Source: an archaeon
Lineage (GTDB): Archaea > Iainarchaeota > Iainarchaeia > Iainarchaeales > CSSED10-239
Assembly: GCA_041657425.1 (NCBI GenBank)
Contig: JBBABY010000005.1
Span: 60,633 to 92,632, forward strand
Length of the DNA stretch: 32,000 nucleotides
Direction of reading: 5' to 3'
In this document: one piece after another, positions 18,249 through 25,199 of the stretch
How positions within the stretch are numbered: position 1 is the stretch's first letter
How the letters are laid out: every line of letters starts with the position of its first letter
The notes under the pieces: generated by a model
Seen by the model: only the letters and a program-made list of their open reading frames with translations
Told to the model about the DNA's origin: nothing
Database searches by the model: none
Position numbers and translations under genes: made by a program

Positions 18249-18287
18249 AGTCTCACGACTACGCGAGTTCGAATCTCGTCCTCTGCG
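18247..18287 (+). repeat. tRNA-Ser 3'-end copy 1 (variable arm + T-arm + 3' acceptor strand)
   Basis: agagtctcacgactacgcgagttcgaatctcgtcctctgcg compared with the intact 17314-17354 agagtcgaaagactacgcgagttcgaatctcgtcctctgcg. They differ only in the variable-arm loop. Followed by a T-run. Confidence 0.85.
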
Positions 18288-18312
18288 ATTTTTTATTTTG
18301 TGTTTAAATTGC

Positions 18313-19710
18313 TTATTTCAAAAACACACACTCTTCATTTTTTATTCGCGGATATTTTTTGTTTGACCAAGCAATTGTTCCACCAGAAATGTGAATAGCA
18401 TTATATCCTTCAATAATTAAATTTTTTGCAGCTTTAAAGGACTTTTCTCCAGTTTCACAAATAAGATAGATGTTGTTTTCTTTTTTTATTTTTTGTTTAT
18501 AGTTTTTTATAAAAGCATCCATCGGTATGTTTGTAAATCCAGGAATGTGATAATCCCCAAATTTATTTTCAATTCTTAGGTCTATAAAAATATTGTTTGG
18601 ATTTCTTTTAATGTCTGTATTTAATTTTTCAGAATAGGTTTCTTTAAGTATTTTATAAAGTTTAGTTACAGTTATAGAATCTACTTTATCTTTTGTATGT
18701 TTAGTTGTAATTTCATAAGGAAGTAATTCTTTGTTAATTACTTTTGGAAAATCAGACGTTGGAAGATATGAAAAATATTCATCTAGATATGGTAATGGCG
18801 TGTCGTAACAAATAAATACGCAAGTTTTATTCTTAAGTTTATTTCTCTTAATATATTCTAATAACCCTGCAAGAGCAAACCCAGAACTTGGGCCAACTAA
18901 TAATCCGCTTCTAATTAATTTTAAGCTTTGGGTATAAGATTCAACACTTCCAATCTCGATAATATCATCTGCATTATTCTTCCAATCAAAAGCAATCATT
19001 TTCAAAAGATTTTTTGTTCTAACGCCTGGTACTAAGTTATTTGGTTTTCTTATTACCCCTATTGCCTTGAGGTTATCGTTTTTCTTCTTTAAGTAATTAC
19101 TAGTTCCAAGAAAGGTTCCAGTTGTTCCAAGTCCTGAACAAAAGATATCAATCTTTCCATTTGTTTGAATCCAAATTTGTTTTCCTGTTATCAAACTATG
19201 CGAATTAGGATTATTTAAATTATCATATTGTCCAAAGTTAATATATTTCTCAGATTTAGCCATTTGTTTAGCCTTATAGATCCCGCTATTTTCATCATCT
19301 GGATCTGGACAAATTGGTTCATTATTAATAATCGGAGTAATCCCAAATAACCTTAGCATATTTAATTTATTTTTTGTAACTTCATTTGAAACAAATGCTT
19401 TCATTGAATTTAATCCATAATGCCTGCCAATTATTCCTAAAGAATAAGCAGTATTCCCTGAAGAATTTTCTATGATTGTAGGTTTATTTTGTAATTTCTT
19501 TTGAATATGTGCTGAATTAATCATCTCATATGCAGGAATAGATTTAATATTAAGTAAAGGCAAAGTGTTTTGTAATTTTGCAAATATTCTAATCCCATTT
19601 TTTCTAAAAGGATTACATTTATCATCAAGCTCTACAAGAGGAGTCATATGATTATGAGGATTGATATAATCCTTTATTGCATTCTTTCCAGAATAAACAT
19701 TATTTTTCAT
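18313..19710 (-). CDS. PLP-dependent cysteine synthase/CBS-family enzyme fused to a C-terminal rhodanese domain
   Basis: 465 aa. LLNIKSIPAYEM (PLP-Lys region), ENSSGNTAYSLG and SGLGTTGTFLG (phosphate loop). The C-terminal about 100 aa carries IYLICETGEKSFKAA (rhodanese active-site Cys loop). Confidence 0.8.
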   Translation of the reverse strand: MKNNVYSGKNAIKDYINPHNHMTPLVELDDKCNPFRKNGIRIFAKLQNTLPLLNIKSIPAYEMINSAHIQKKLQNKPTIIENSSGNTAYSLGIIGRHYGLNSMKAFVSNEVTKNKLNMLRLFGITPIINNEPICPDPDDENSGIYKAKQMAKSEKYINFGQYDNLNNPNSHSLITGKQIWIQTNGKIDIFCSGLGTTGTFLGTSNYLKKKNDNLKAIGVIRKPNNLVPGVRTKNLLKMIAFDWKNNADDIIEIGSVESYTQSLKLIRSGLLVGPSSGFALAGLLEYIKRNKLKNKTCVFICYDTPLPYLDEYFSYLPTSDFPKVINKELLPYEITTKHTKDKVDSITVTKLYKILKETYSEKLNTDIKRNPNNIFIDLRIENKFGDYHIPGFTNIPMDAFIKNYKQKIKKENNIYLICETGEKSFKAAKNLIIEGYNAIHISGGTIAWSNKKYPRIKNEECVFLK

Positions 19711-19716
19711 AATCTT

Positions 19717-20661
19717 TCATTTAAATTTAAAATTAAGATCGATCTGAGAACTTAGATCTCCAAATCTGTCTTTAATGCTTGGTTGAGAAACATATTTCGT
19801 GTGTAATAATTGAAGTCTAGACAATCTTTTGTTTGGGTCAGGAGTAATTTTATTAATCTCTAAATATAGTTTTTCTAATACTTCTAAATTGTTAGTTTCA
19901 AATTTATCTAAAGTAACTGCCCCACCGTACTTATCAAGTAATTGTAGATATTTAGAATCTCTAATAAATCCAATTATTTTTTCTGCACCAACATTGTCTA
20001 TTAAAAATTTTAAATCATCTTCATTTTTTATTTTATTTCCAAGAATAAAGAAATTATCAACATTGTTTTTGCTTAAGTTTTCAAACATTTTAAACAATTC
20101 TACACTTTTTTTTGTAGGCTCTACAATTAGTACAATTGCATCAAACTGCAAATGCATTGAAGATGCAAATAAATCTGTTCCTGCAACCATGTCAGAAACT
20201 ATATATTCATTTTTATCGTATGTGTGACTAAGAATAATTTCTAAAATTTCAAGATTGTTATGATAACAACTAGTTCCTACACCGTGGACTTCATAAGTTC
20301 CAACAACTGCTAAGTATGCATTATCTGAAATCTCTTTACAGAAATTAGAAATAAAATAATCTTCTTTAGTAATTGTTATTAATTTAGAATTAACAGAAGG
20401 AGGAGTAGTCTTTCTAAATTCGTCATTATTTTTTATAAGATCGTTTGTTCCTTTTAAGTAGTTTTTAATTTTTAATTTTAGATTATTATTTGAAATATAT
20501 TCTTCAGAAGACACTGTACAATTAAATAACTCAGGAAGATGCACATTTATGTCTGCATCAATCACAAGTACAGGTTTTCCTTTAGAAATAATTAATTTAC
20601 TAAATAATGCAGAAAGGGTAGTTTTACCAACGCCGCCTTTCCCAACAAATGCTATTCTCAT
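19717..20661 (-). CDS. SIMIBI-class P-loop ATPase, CooC/MinD-like
   Basis: MRIAFVGKGGVGKTTLSA (deviant Walker A), VIDADIN, and IVSDMVAGTDLFASS...IVLIVEPTKKSVE (CooC-like switch region). I use the Met at 20661 rather than the 17-codon hydrophobic extension in the track. Confidence 0.75.
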   Translation of the reverse strand: MRIAFVGKGGVGKTTLSALFSKLIISKGKPVLVIDADINVHLPELFNCTVSSEEYISNNNLKLKIKNYLKGTNDLIKNNDEFRKTTPPSVNSKLITITKEDYFISNFCKEISDNAYLAVVGTYEVHGVGTSCYHNNLEILEIILSHTYDKNEYIVSDMVAGTDLFASSMHLQFDAIVLIVEPTKKSVELFKMFENLSKNNVDNFFILGNKIKNEDDLKFLIDNVGAEKIIGFIRDSKYLQLLDKYGGAVTLDKFETNNLEVLEKLYLEINKITPDPNKRLSRLQLLHTKYVSQPSIKDRFGDLSSQIDLNFKFK

Positions 20662-20724
20662 ACATATATATATTTTTCTTCCTTTATATATATTAATGAT
20701 AACCATTATCAATAAGGATAAAAT

Positions 20725-21084
20725 ATGTCTAAATCAAGAAGAACTATACAAAAAGAACTAATTTTAAAAGAAATAGAAAACATGAAAGTTTTCTTCTCTG
20801 CAGCAGAACTTTATAGTAGAATTAATTCTAAACACAAAATTGGTATTGCAACAATATATAGAATTCTTAATCAGCTAACTAAAGATTATATTATTTATTC
20901 ATTTGTTTGCGATAAACGAAACATTTATTCAAAACACGGAAGAAACCACTGCCATTTCGTTTGTGAAGATACTGGCGAAATTATTCATTTTAATATAGAT
21001 TCTTTAGATTTCTTAAAAGATAAACTTCCTGGAAAAATTATTTCTTTTCAAATAGAAATAAAAGGTATTAAAAATAAGAAATAA
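20725..21084 (+). CDS. Fur-family transcriptional regulator
   Basis: 119 aa. RRTIQKELILKEI...FSAAELYSRIN...IGIATIYRILNQL (Fur wHTH) followed by HCHFVCEDTGEIIHF (metal-site region). Divergent from the ATPase/PLP-enzyme pair. Confidence 0.75.
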   Translation: MSKSRRTIQKELILKEIENMKVFFSAAELYSRINSKHKIGIATIYRILNQLTKDYIIYSFVCDKRNIYSKHGRNHCHFVCEDTGEIIHFNIDSLDFLKDKLPGKIISFQIEIKGIKNKK

Positions 21085-21184
21085 TGATATATTTAGTTTT
21101 ATAAATTAAATATAAATTTTTTTATAGAAAACCACTTTTTATAAATTATTTCTTTCTATTGTTGTTTAAGGGGGGAGACAAAAT

Positions 21185-21493
21185 ATGACAAATGTATTTA
21201 AAGAATTTAAAGAGTTTTTACAAGAGTATAAAGTAATTGGCTTAGCAATTGCTTTTATTATTGGTGCGGCAATTACAACACTAGTAAAGTCTTTAGTTGA
21301 TAATATCATCATGCCAATAATCACACCATTCATTCCTGGTGGGCAATGGCAAACTGCAACATTAAAGCTTGGTCCAATAGTTCTAAACTGGGGCGCATTT
21401 GCTGGGGCATTACTTAATTTCATAATTATTGCTTTTGTAGTATTTATGATTGCAAAATATATGTTTAAAGAAGAAACAGTTACAAAAAAGTAA
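21185..21493 (+). CDS. mscL: Large-conductance mechanosensitive channel
   Basis: 102 aa. FKEFKEFLQEYKVIGLAIAFIIGAAITTLVKSLVDNIIMPII is the MscL TM1 signature, followed by a second TM helix. Confidence 0.85.
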   Translation: MTNVFKEFKEFLQEYKVIGLAIAFIIGAAITTLVKSLVDNIIMPIITPFIPGGQWQTATLKLGPIVLNWGAFAGALLNFIIIAFVVFMIAKYMFKEETVTKK

Positions 21494-21572
21494 GTAACTT
21501 TCTTTTTTATTTTTTTAGTAAGCGGCTAGTGAAAGAATGTGACTTGCAAAAAAGTATCGGTACTAGAATGCG

Positions 21573-21613
21573 AGAGTCTCACGACTACTCGATTTCGAAT
21601 CTAGTCTTATGCA
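21573..21613 (+). repeat. tRNA-Ser 3'-end copy 2 (degenerate)
   Basis: agagtctcacgactactcgatttcgaatctagtcttatgca has the same variable-arm variant as copy 1, but the T-stem and acceptor have decayed. Confidence 0.6.
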
Positions 21614-21739
21614 ATTCAATTCTAAGTAAGCATTTTGCGGCAAGTTGATTTGTATCGCGTGCATTGACTAAATTGTTTTAGATATATTTTTAAATTAGTT
21701 CTTATTAGTATATTTAGATTTTTATAAAGGAGGAATAAT

Positions 21740-22204
21740 ATGTTAAAAGAATTATCTATGAGCGAATATATTACAAAGTACACATCTATTTTACATTTAG
21801 GTGCTGGAATTTTATATATACTATACGGAATTGGATTATTAGTCCTTAAAAATTTCGCATCAAATCTTACTTCAATGTCAGGATTATTTGGCAGTGCATT
21901 TTTAAAAAATATGACTATTGGTCTTGCAATAATATTATTTATTGCAGGAATTTACACTTTATTAACAGCATATGGCCTTTGGGGGTATAAAAATTTTGGA
22001 AGAATAATGTTGTTAATAGAAATGTATGCTTTGGCTGCATTAATTGCAATAATGTTAATTATTTCAATATTTTCAATAATTACATTTTGGCAAGTTGGAT
22101 TAATCTATTTCCTTGCAATGATGTATTTGGGATTGATTATCTTTTTAAGCATATATCTATTCCAAGCACATCCAGAAATGGTTGCCCTTTTCAATAAAAT
22201 GTAA
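21740..22204 (+). CDS. Hypothetical integral membrane protein (about 4 TM)
   Basis: 154-aa hydrophobic ORF preceded by AGGAGG (21729-21734). Confidence 0.55.
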   Translation: MLKELSMSEYITKYTSILHLGAGILYILYGIGLLVLKNFASNLTSMSGLFGSAFLKNMTIGLAIILFIAGIYTLLTAYGLWGYKNFGRIMLLIEMYALAALIAIMLIISIFSIITFWQVGLIYFLAMMYLGLIIFLSIYLFQAHPEMVALFNKM

Positions 22205-22274
22205 AACACATTTTTGCCCAATTCTTTGGGCACATTTATTTTATTAGATAGTAATAGATAAATTAGGGAATATC

Positions 22275-22925
22275 ATGAATAATGAGCCAGTAACTAATAC
22301 AAATAAAGAATATCCTAAAAAAAAAGGGATATCTGTCAAATTTTTAATATCTCTTGGTATAATTTTAATAATTATAATTTTGGCAGTTATTTTGGTTTCC
22401 AAAGCAATATATAATAGAGATATTAGTACAAATATAAATAATTTTGATGAATGTATTGAGGCAGGAAATCCCGTAGTTGCGGGGACTTATCCTATACAAT
22501 GTAAAACACTAGACGGAAAACTATTTATTTCTACTTCAGATAATATTGAGAATAAACCTAAGCATGTTGATGATTTAATATTTGTAGAAAGACAAGCAAC
22601 TAATTTTGAGGAATGTTTAAACTGGGGTTTCGTTTCCCAAGGTTATCCTGAATATTGTACAGATGGGAATTCTACATTTATTAATCCTAAACATACAAGT
22701 GCTCCAACACTAGCAGAACAACAGATTTGTAATACTGATAGCGAATGTACAGGACTGCCAAATCCTTGTCATAGAACAAGGGTATGTATTAATAAAAAGT
22801 GGGTGTCTTTTTACAAAATTAAGCCAGCAGCGTGTACTTTAGAAATAGATCTTTTAGCAGTGTCTCCTGGAGATTGTGTTTGTCTAAATACAGTCTGTAC
22901 AAATAAGAAGTTAATTCAAAGTTAG
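22275..22925 (+). CDS. Membrane-anchored cysteine-rich secreted protein with an internal duplicated motif
   Basis: 216 aa with an N-terminal TM. Two repeats, NFDECIEAGNPVVAGTYPIQCKTLDGKLFIS and NFEECLNWGFVSQGYPEYCTDGNSTFIN, are followed by a Cys-rich tail. The TAG stop overlaps tRNA-fragment copy 3. Confidence 0.6.
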   Translation: MNNEPVTNTNKEYPKKKGISVKFLISLGIILIIIILAVILVSKAIYNRDISTNINNFDECIEAGNPVVAGTYPIQCKTLDGKLFISTSDNIENKPKHVDDLIFVERQATNFEECLNWGFVSQGYPEYCTDGNSTFINPKHTSAPTLAEQQICNTDSECTGLPNPCHRTRVCINKKWVSFYKIKPAACTLEIDLLAVSPGDCVCLNTVCTNKKLIQS

Positions 22926-22964
22926 AGTCTCATGACTACGCAAGTTCGAATCTCGCCATCTGCG
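22924..22964 (+). repeat. tRNA-Ser 3'-end copy 3 (partly degenerate)
   Basis: agagtctcatgactacgcaagttcgaatctcgccatctgcg. Confidence 0.7.
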
Positions 22965-22999
22965 AATTATTATTTAATAAACTATTTTGTGAAAAAAAC

Positions 23000-23326
23000 A
23001 TGACTAGAAAAAAAGACGCAGGAGAATTGTTACATTATTTTTATAAATCGTCTATAGTTGATCACTCCATTTCTGCAGAAGATTTACTAAAAGAAATAAG
23101 ATGGGGAAGTTGGAGATTAGAAAAAGCAATTAAATATCTAAGAGATGTTGATGCGATTGAAATTACTCTATTTAAAGAAAAGATTGAAAGATTACAAAAG
23201 TTTGTAATAGTGGGCCTAACAAAAACAGGTATCCAAATAATAGAAGATAAATCCAAATTTAAAACCACTTTCGGATTTGAAATAAACTTAGAGAGCACAA
23301 AGTGGAGTTGGAATACTAAACGATAA
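23000..23326 (+). CDS. Small hypothetical protein, possible winged-helix
   Basis: 108 aa. WRLEKAIKYLRDVDAIEI...GLTKTGIQIIED. A TATA-like ttatttaataa lies 20-30 nt upstream of the ATG. Confidence 0.5.
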   Translation: MTRKKDAGELLHYFYKSSIVDHSISAEDLLKEIRWGSWRLEKAIKYLRDVDAIEITLFKEKIERLQKFVIVGLTKTGIQIIEDKSKFKTTFGFEINLESTKWSWNTKR

Positions 23327-23331
23327 ATATT

Positions 23332-23348
23332 GCGCGCGAGCTGAACGC
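23332..23348 (+). repeat. Short fragment (D) of the GC-rich module
   Basis: gcgcgagctga (23334-23344) is the exact reverse complement of tcagctcgcgc in module B (28223-28233), and the match continues as cgc after one mismatch. It sits in an unusually GC-rich 80-nt spacer. Confidence 0.35.
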
Positions 23349-23411
23349 TGTCGTTTTTGGGATGAAGCACTTTTTCTAAAAGGGCTCCACTGGACAGCTA
23401 CCCCCGAAAAC

Positions 23412-23419
23412 TTTAAACA
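23412..23419 (+). promoter_or_regulatory. TATA-like box for the exonuclease gene (leaderless layout)
   Basis: tttaaaca lies 22-29 nt upstream of the ATG at 23441. The promoter-to-ATG segment resembles the one at 24356-24388. Confidence 0.35.
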
Positions 23420-23440
23420 CTATTTCTTTCATAGTTATTT

Positions 23441-24025
23441 ATGAATTACTTATATGTAGATATCGAAACTGTTCCTGTGGATAAGGAAAAACATTTATCT
23501 CTAGATGAAGAGGAAAGAAAGAAACTCTTAAATCCAATTGATTCAAAAATTATTGCAATCGGTCTAAAGTCAACTAAAGATAATAAGCTAGTCATTCTTC
23601 AATCTGATAATGAAAAGGAAATGTTAACTGAATTTTGGAAGATTTACGACAATTTTAGAGCAAATAGTTCTTTAACAAACAAGATTGTGGGCTTTAACAT
23701 TAAGCAGTTTGATATTTCTTTTTTAGTGACTAGAAGCTTTGTTAATGGAGTTACAGTTGTTCCTTTCGTCTTAAAAGAGATAATCGACATTAGAGACCTA
23801 TTAACTTGCTTTAAAAGAGGGCCAACAAGAGGCACTTTAAAGGAATTTGGAGAGATTATTGGCGTGGTCTTAGTAGAAGACATGGACGGCTCAAAAGTGG
23901 CTGAAACTTACTGGTCAGGAAATATTGATTTAATCAAGACTTACTTAGCAAAAGACATAGAATTAACTGAAAAGATTCACAACAAGGTAATGGAACTAGG
24001 ACTAGACAAAATAAGAGAATGGTGA
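23441..24025 (+). CDS. DEDD-type 3'-5' exonuclease, PolB-exonuclease-domain-like (RNase H fold)
   Basis: 194 aa. LYVDIETVP (Exo I), VGFNIKQFDISFL (Exo II) and YLAKDIELT (Exo III). Confidence 0.7.
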   Translation: MNYLYVDIETVPVDKEKHLSLDEEERKKLLNPIDSKIIAIGLKSTKDNKLVILQSDNEKEMLTEFWKIYDNFRANSSLTNKIVGFNIKQFDISFLVTRSFVNGVTVVPFVLKEIIDIRDLLTCFKRGPTRGTLKEFGEIIGVVLVEDMDGSKVAETYWSGNIDLIKTYLAKDIELTEKIHNKVMELGLDKIREW

Positions 24026-24096
24026 AATATCTATTTAAATATTTAATGTTCATATATATTACTACAAGACTATAATATTTGGAGAAATGATAAAAC

Positions 24097-24327
24097 ATGG
24101 AAAGACAACCAGTAGATGACAATAACCATAAAATGATTGGAAATATAGTTTCAATTGGATATGATCCAGAATTAGAAGTTCTAGAAGTAGAATATCAATT
24201 AGGCTATTTATACCAATATCTTAAGGTTCCTAAAGAAACTTACGACAAATTAATGAACGAAAGAAACAAAATTACATTCGTTCAAGAAAGAATCGCAAAA
24301 GTTTATAAAAATCAAAGAATCAAATAA
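24097..24327 (+). CDS. KTSC-domain small protein
   Basis: 76 aa. IGYDPELEVLEVEYQLGYLYQYLKVPKETYDKLMN fits the KTSC pattern. GGAG RBS at 24081. Confidence 0.55.
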   Translation: MERQPVDDNNHKMIGNIVSIGYDPELEVLEVEYQLGYLYQYLKVPKETYDKLMNERNKITFVQERIAKVYKNQRIK

Positions 24328-24355
24328 GATTCTTTATTTTTAATTTTTAAATAAG

Positions 24356-24363
24356 TTTAAATA
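24356..24363 (+). promoter_or_regulatory. TATA-like box for the 24386 gene (leaderless layout)
   Basis: tttaaata lies 23-30 nt upstream of the ATG at 24386. The 14 nt atagttatttatga ending at the start codon are identical to those at 23441. Confidence 0.35.
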
Positions 24364-24385
24364 ATCTCTTTTTCTATAGTTATTT

Positions 24386-25114
24386 ATGATAAGTAAAAAT
24401 TCTGAACAAAGTTATAGAGAAATTATTTTACTTATACACCCATTATTCAATTTATTTCTAGATAAAATTAGTAGAATAAATTTCAATAATAAGGAAGAGC
24501 TATTAAAATATTTAGTTGGAAGAGAACCATTATTGATTAATTTAAAAGAAACAGTTAAAGATTATGCAAAAATTATTCTAAAATATAAAAATAAAAAAGG
24601 CGCATTATTTGTTTTAATTAATCCGGCAGCAAATAGTTCTCTTTCTTTTAATGTAGATGGCAAGAAAGTAAATTGGAAAAATTTGCCAGAATGTCAAGCA
24701 CTATTTTCTATAGTAAATATCATAAGTGCTTTTGGAAGAAAAGAGTTAGGTGAAAGATTTGTAATAACTAATTTTAGTCCGGAAGACGGTTACACAAAAT
24801 TATTTTCTGAGAAAATCTATAATAAATTAGATAAATATCTAGAAATAAGAGCTTTTGGAGAATACACTGATGGTTGTGTTTATGATATTTCAAATAGAGT
24901 TGTTGAAGAATTACAAAACAGAGAATTTAGAATAATGGACTTAGAGACTTTAAGAGATCATTGTATATCACTAAACGAGATAGAAACGAAACTAGATAAG
25001 CTATTAGAAGAAAAAAGGAAAGTATCAAAAATTAAAGAAAATCAACAAAAGAAAGAACAAATTCAAAAAGTAGTTTCTATGTTAAATAATTATAAGAAAT
25101 CCAAAGCAAAATAA
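24386..25114 (+). CDS. Hypothetical protein, no confident family
   Basis: 242-aa ORF with a lysine-rich coiled-coil C-terminal tail. ILLIHPLFNLF ... AFGEYTDGCVYD weakly resembles the isochorismatase/cysteine-hydrolase core (unverified). Confidence 0.5.
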   Translation: MISKNSEQSYREIILLIHPLFNLFLDKISRINFNNKEELLKYLVGREPLLINLKETVKDYAKIILKYKNKKGALFVLINPAANSSLSFNVDGKKVNWKNLPECQALFSIVNIISAFGRKELGERFVITNFSPEDGYTKLFSEKIYNKLDKYLEIRAFGEYTDGCVYDISNRVVEELQNREFRIMDLETLRDHCISLNEIETKLDKLLEEKRKVSKIKENQQKKEQIQKVVSMLNNYKKSKAK

Positions 25115-25199
25115 ATTATAGTTTTTAGCATACAAATCTTTAAAAACCCTAAGATATTATATTAATTTAGATATACTTAAATTATTACATTGAATATTT

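Larger units (their letters stand above)
17355..22964 (+). mobile_element. Putative tandem remnants of tRNA-Ser-integrated elements (three segments ending at 18287, 21613, 22964)
   Basis: An intact tRNA-Ser is followed by three same-orientation copies of its 3' 41 nt. No recombinase gene lies within the segments, so this rests only on the repeat architecture. Confidence 0.35.

Noticed and set aside
20662-20712. 17-codon hydrophobic N-terminal extension of the CooC-like ATPase
   Set aside because: SIMIBI ATPases start a few residues before the Walker A motif. The extension would consume the divergent promoter spacer. I chose the Met at 20661.
18247-22964. tRNA-Ser 3' fragments as 3' halves of split (trans-spliced) tRNA genes
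   Set aside because: The fragments start at about the variable arm, not in the anticodon loop. They have no upstream GC-rich complementary leader and no own promoter, two are decayed, and complete tRNA-Ser genes exist. I kept only the A/B leader-trailer complementarity as an open question.
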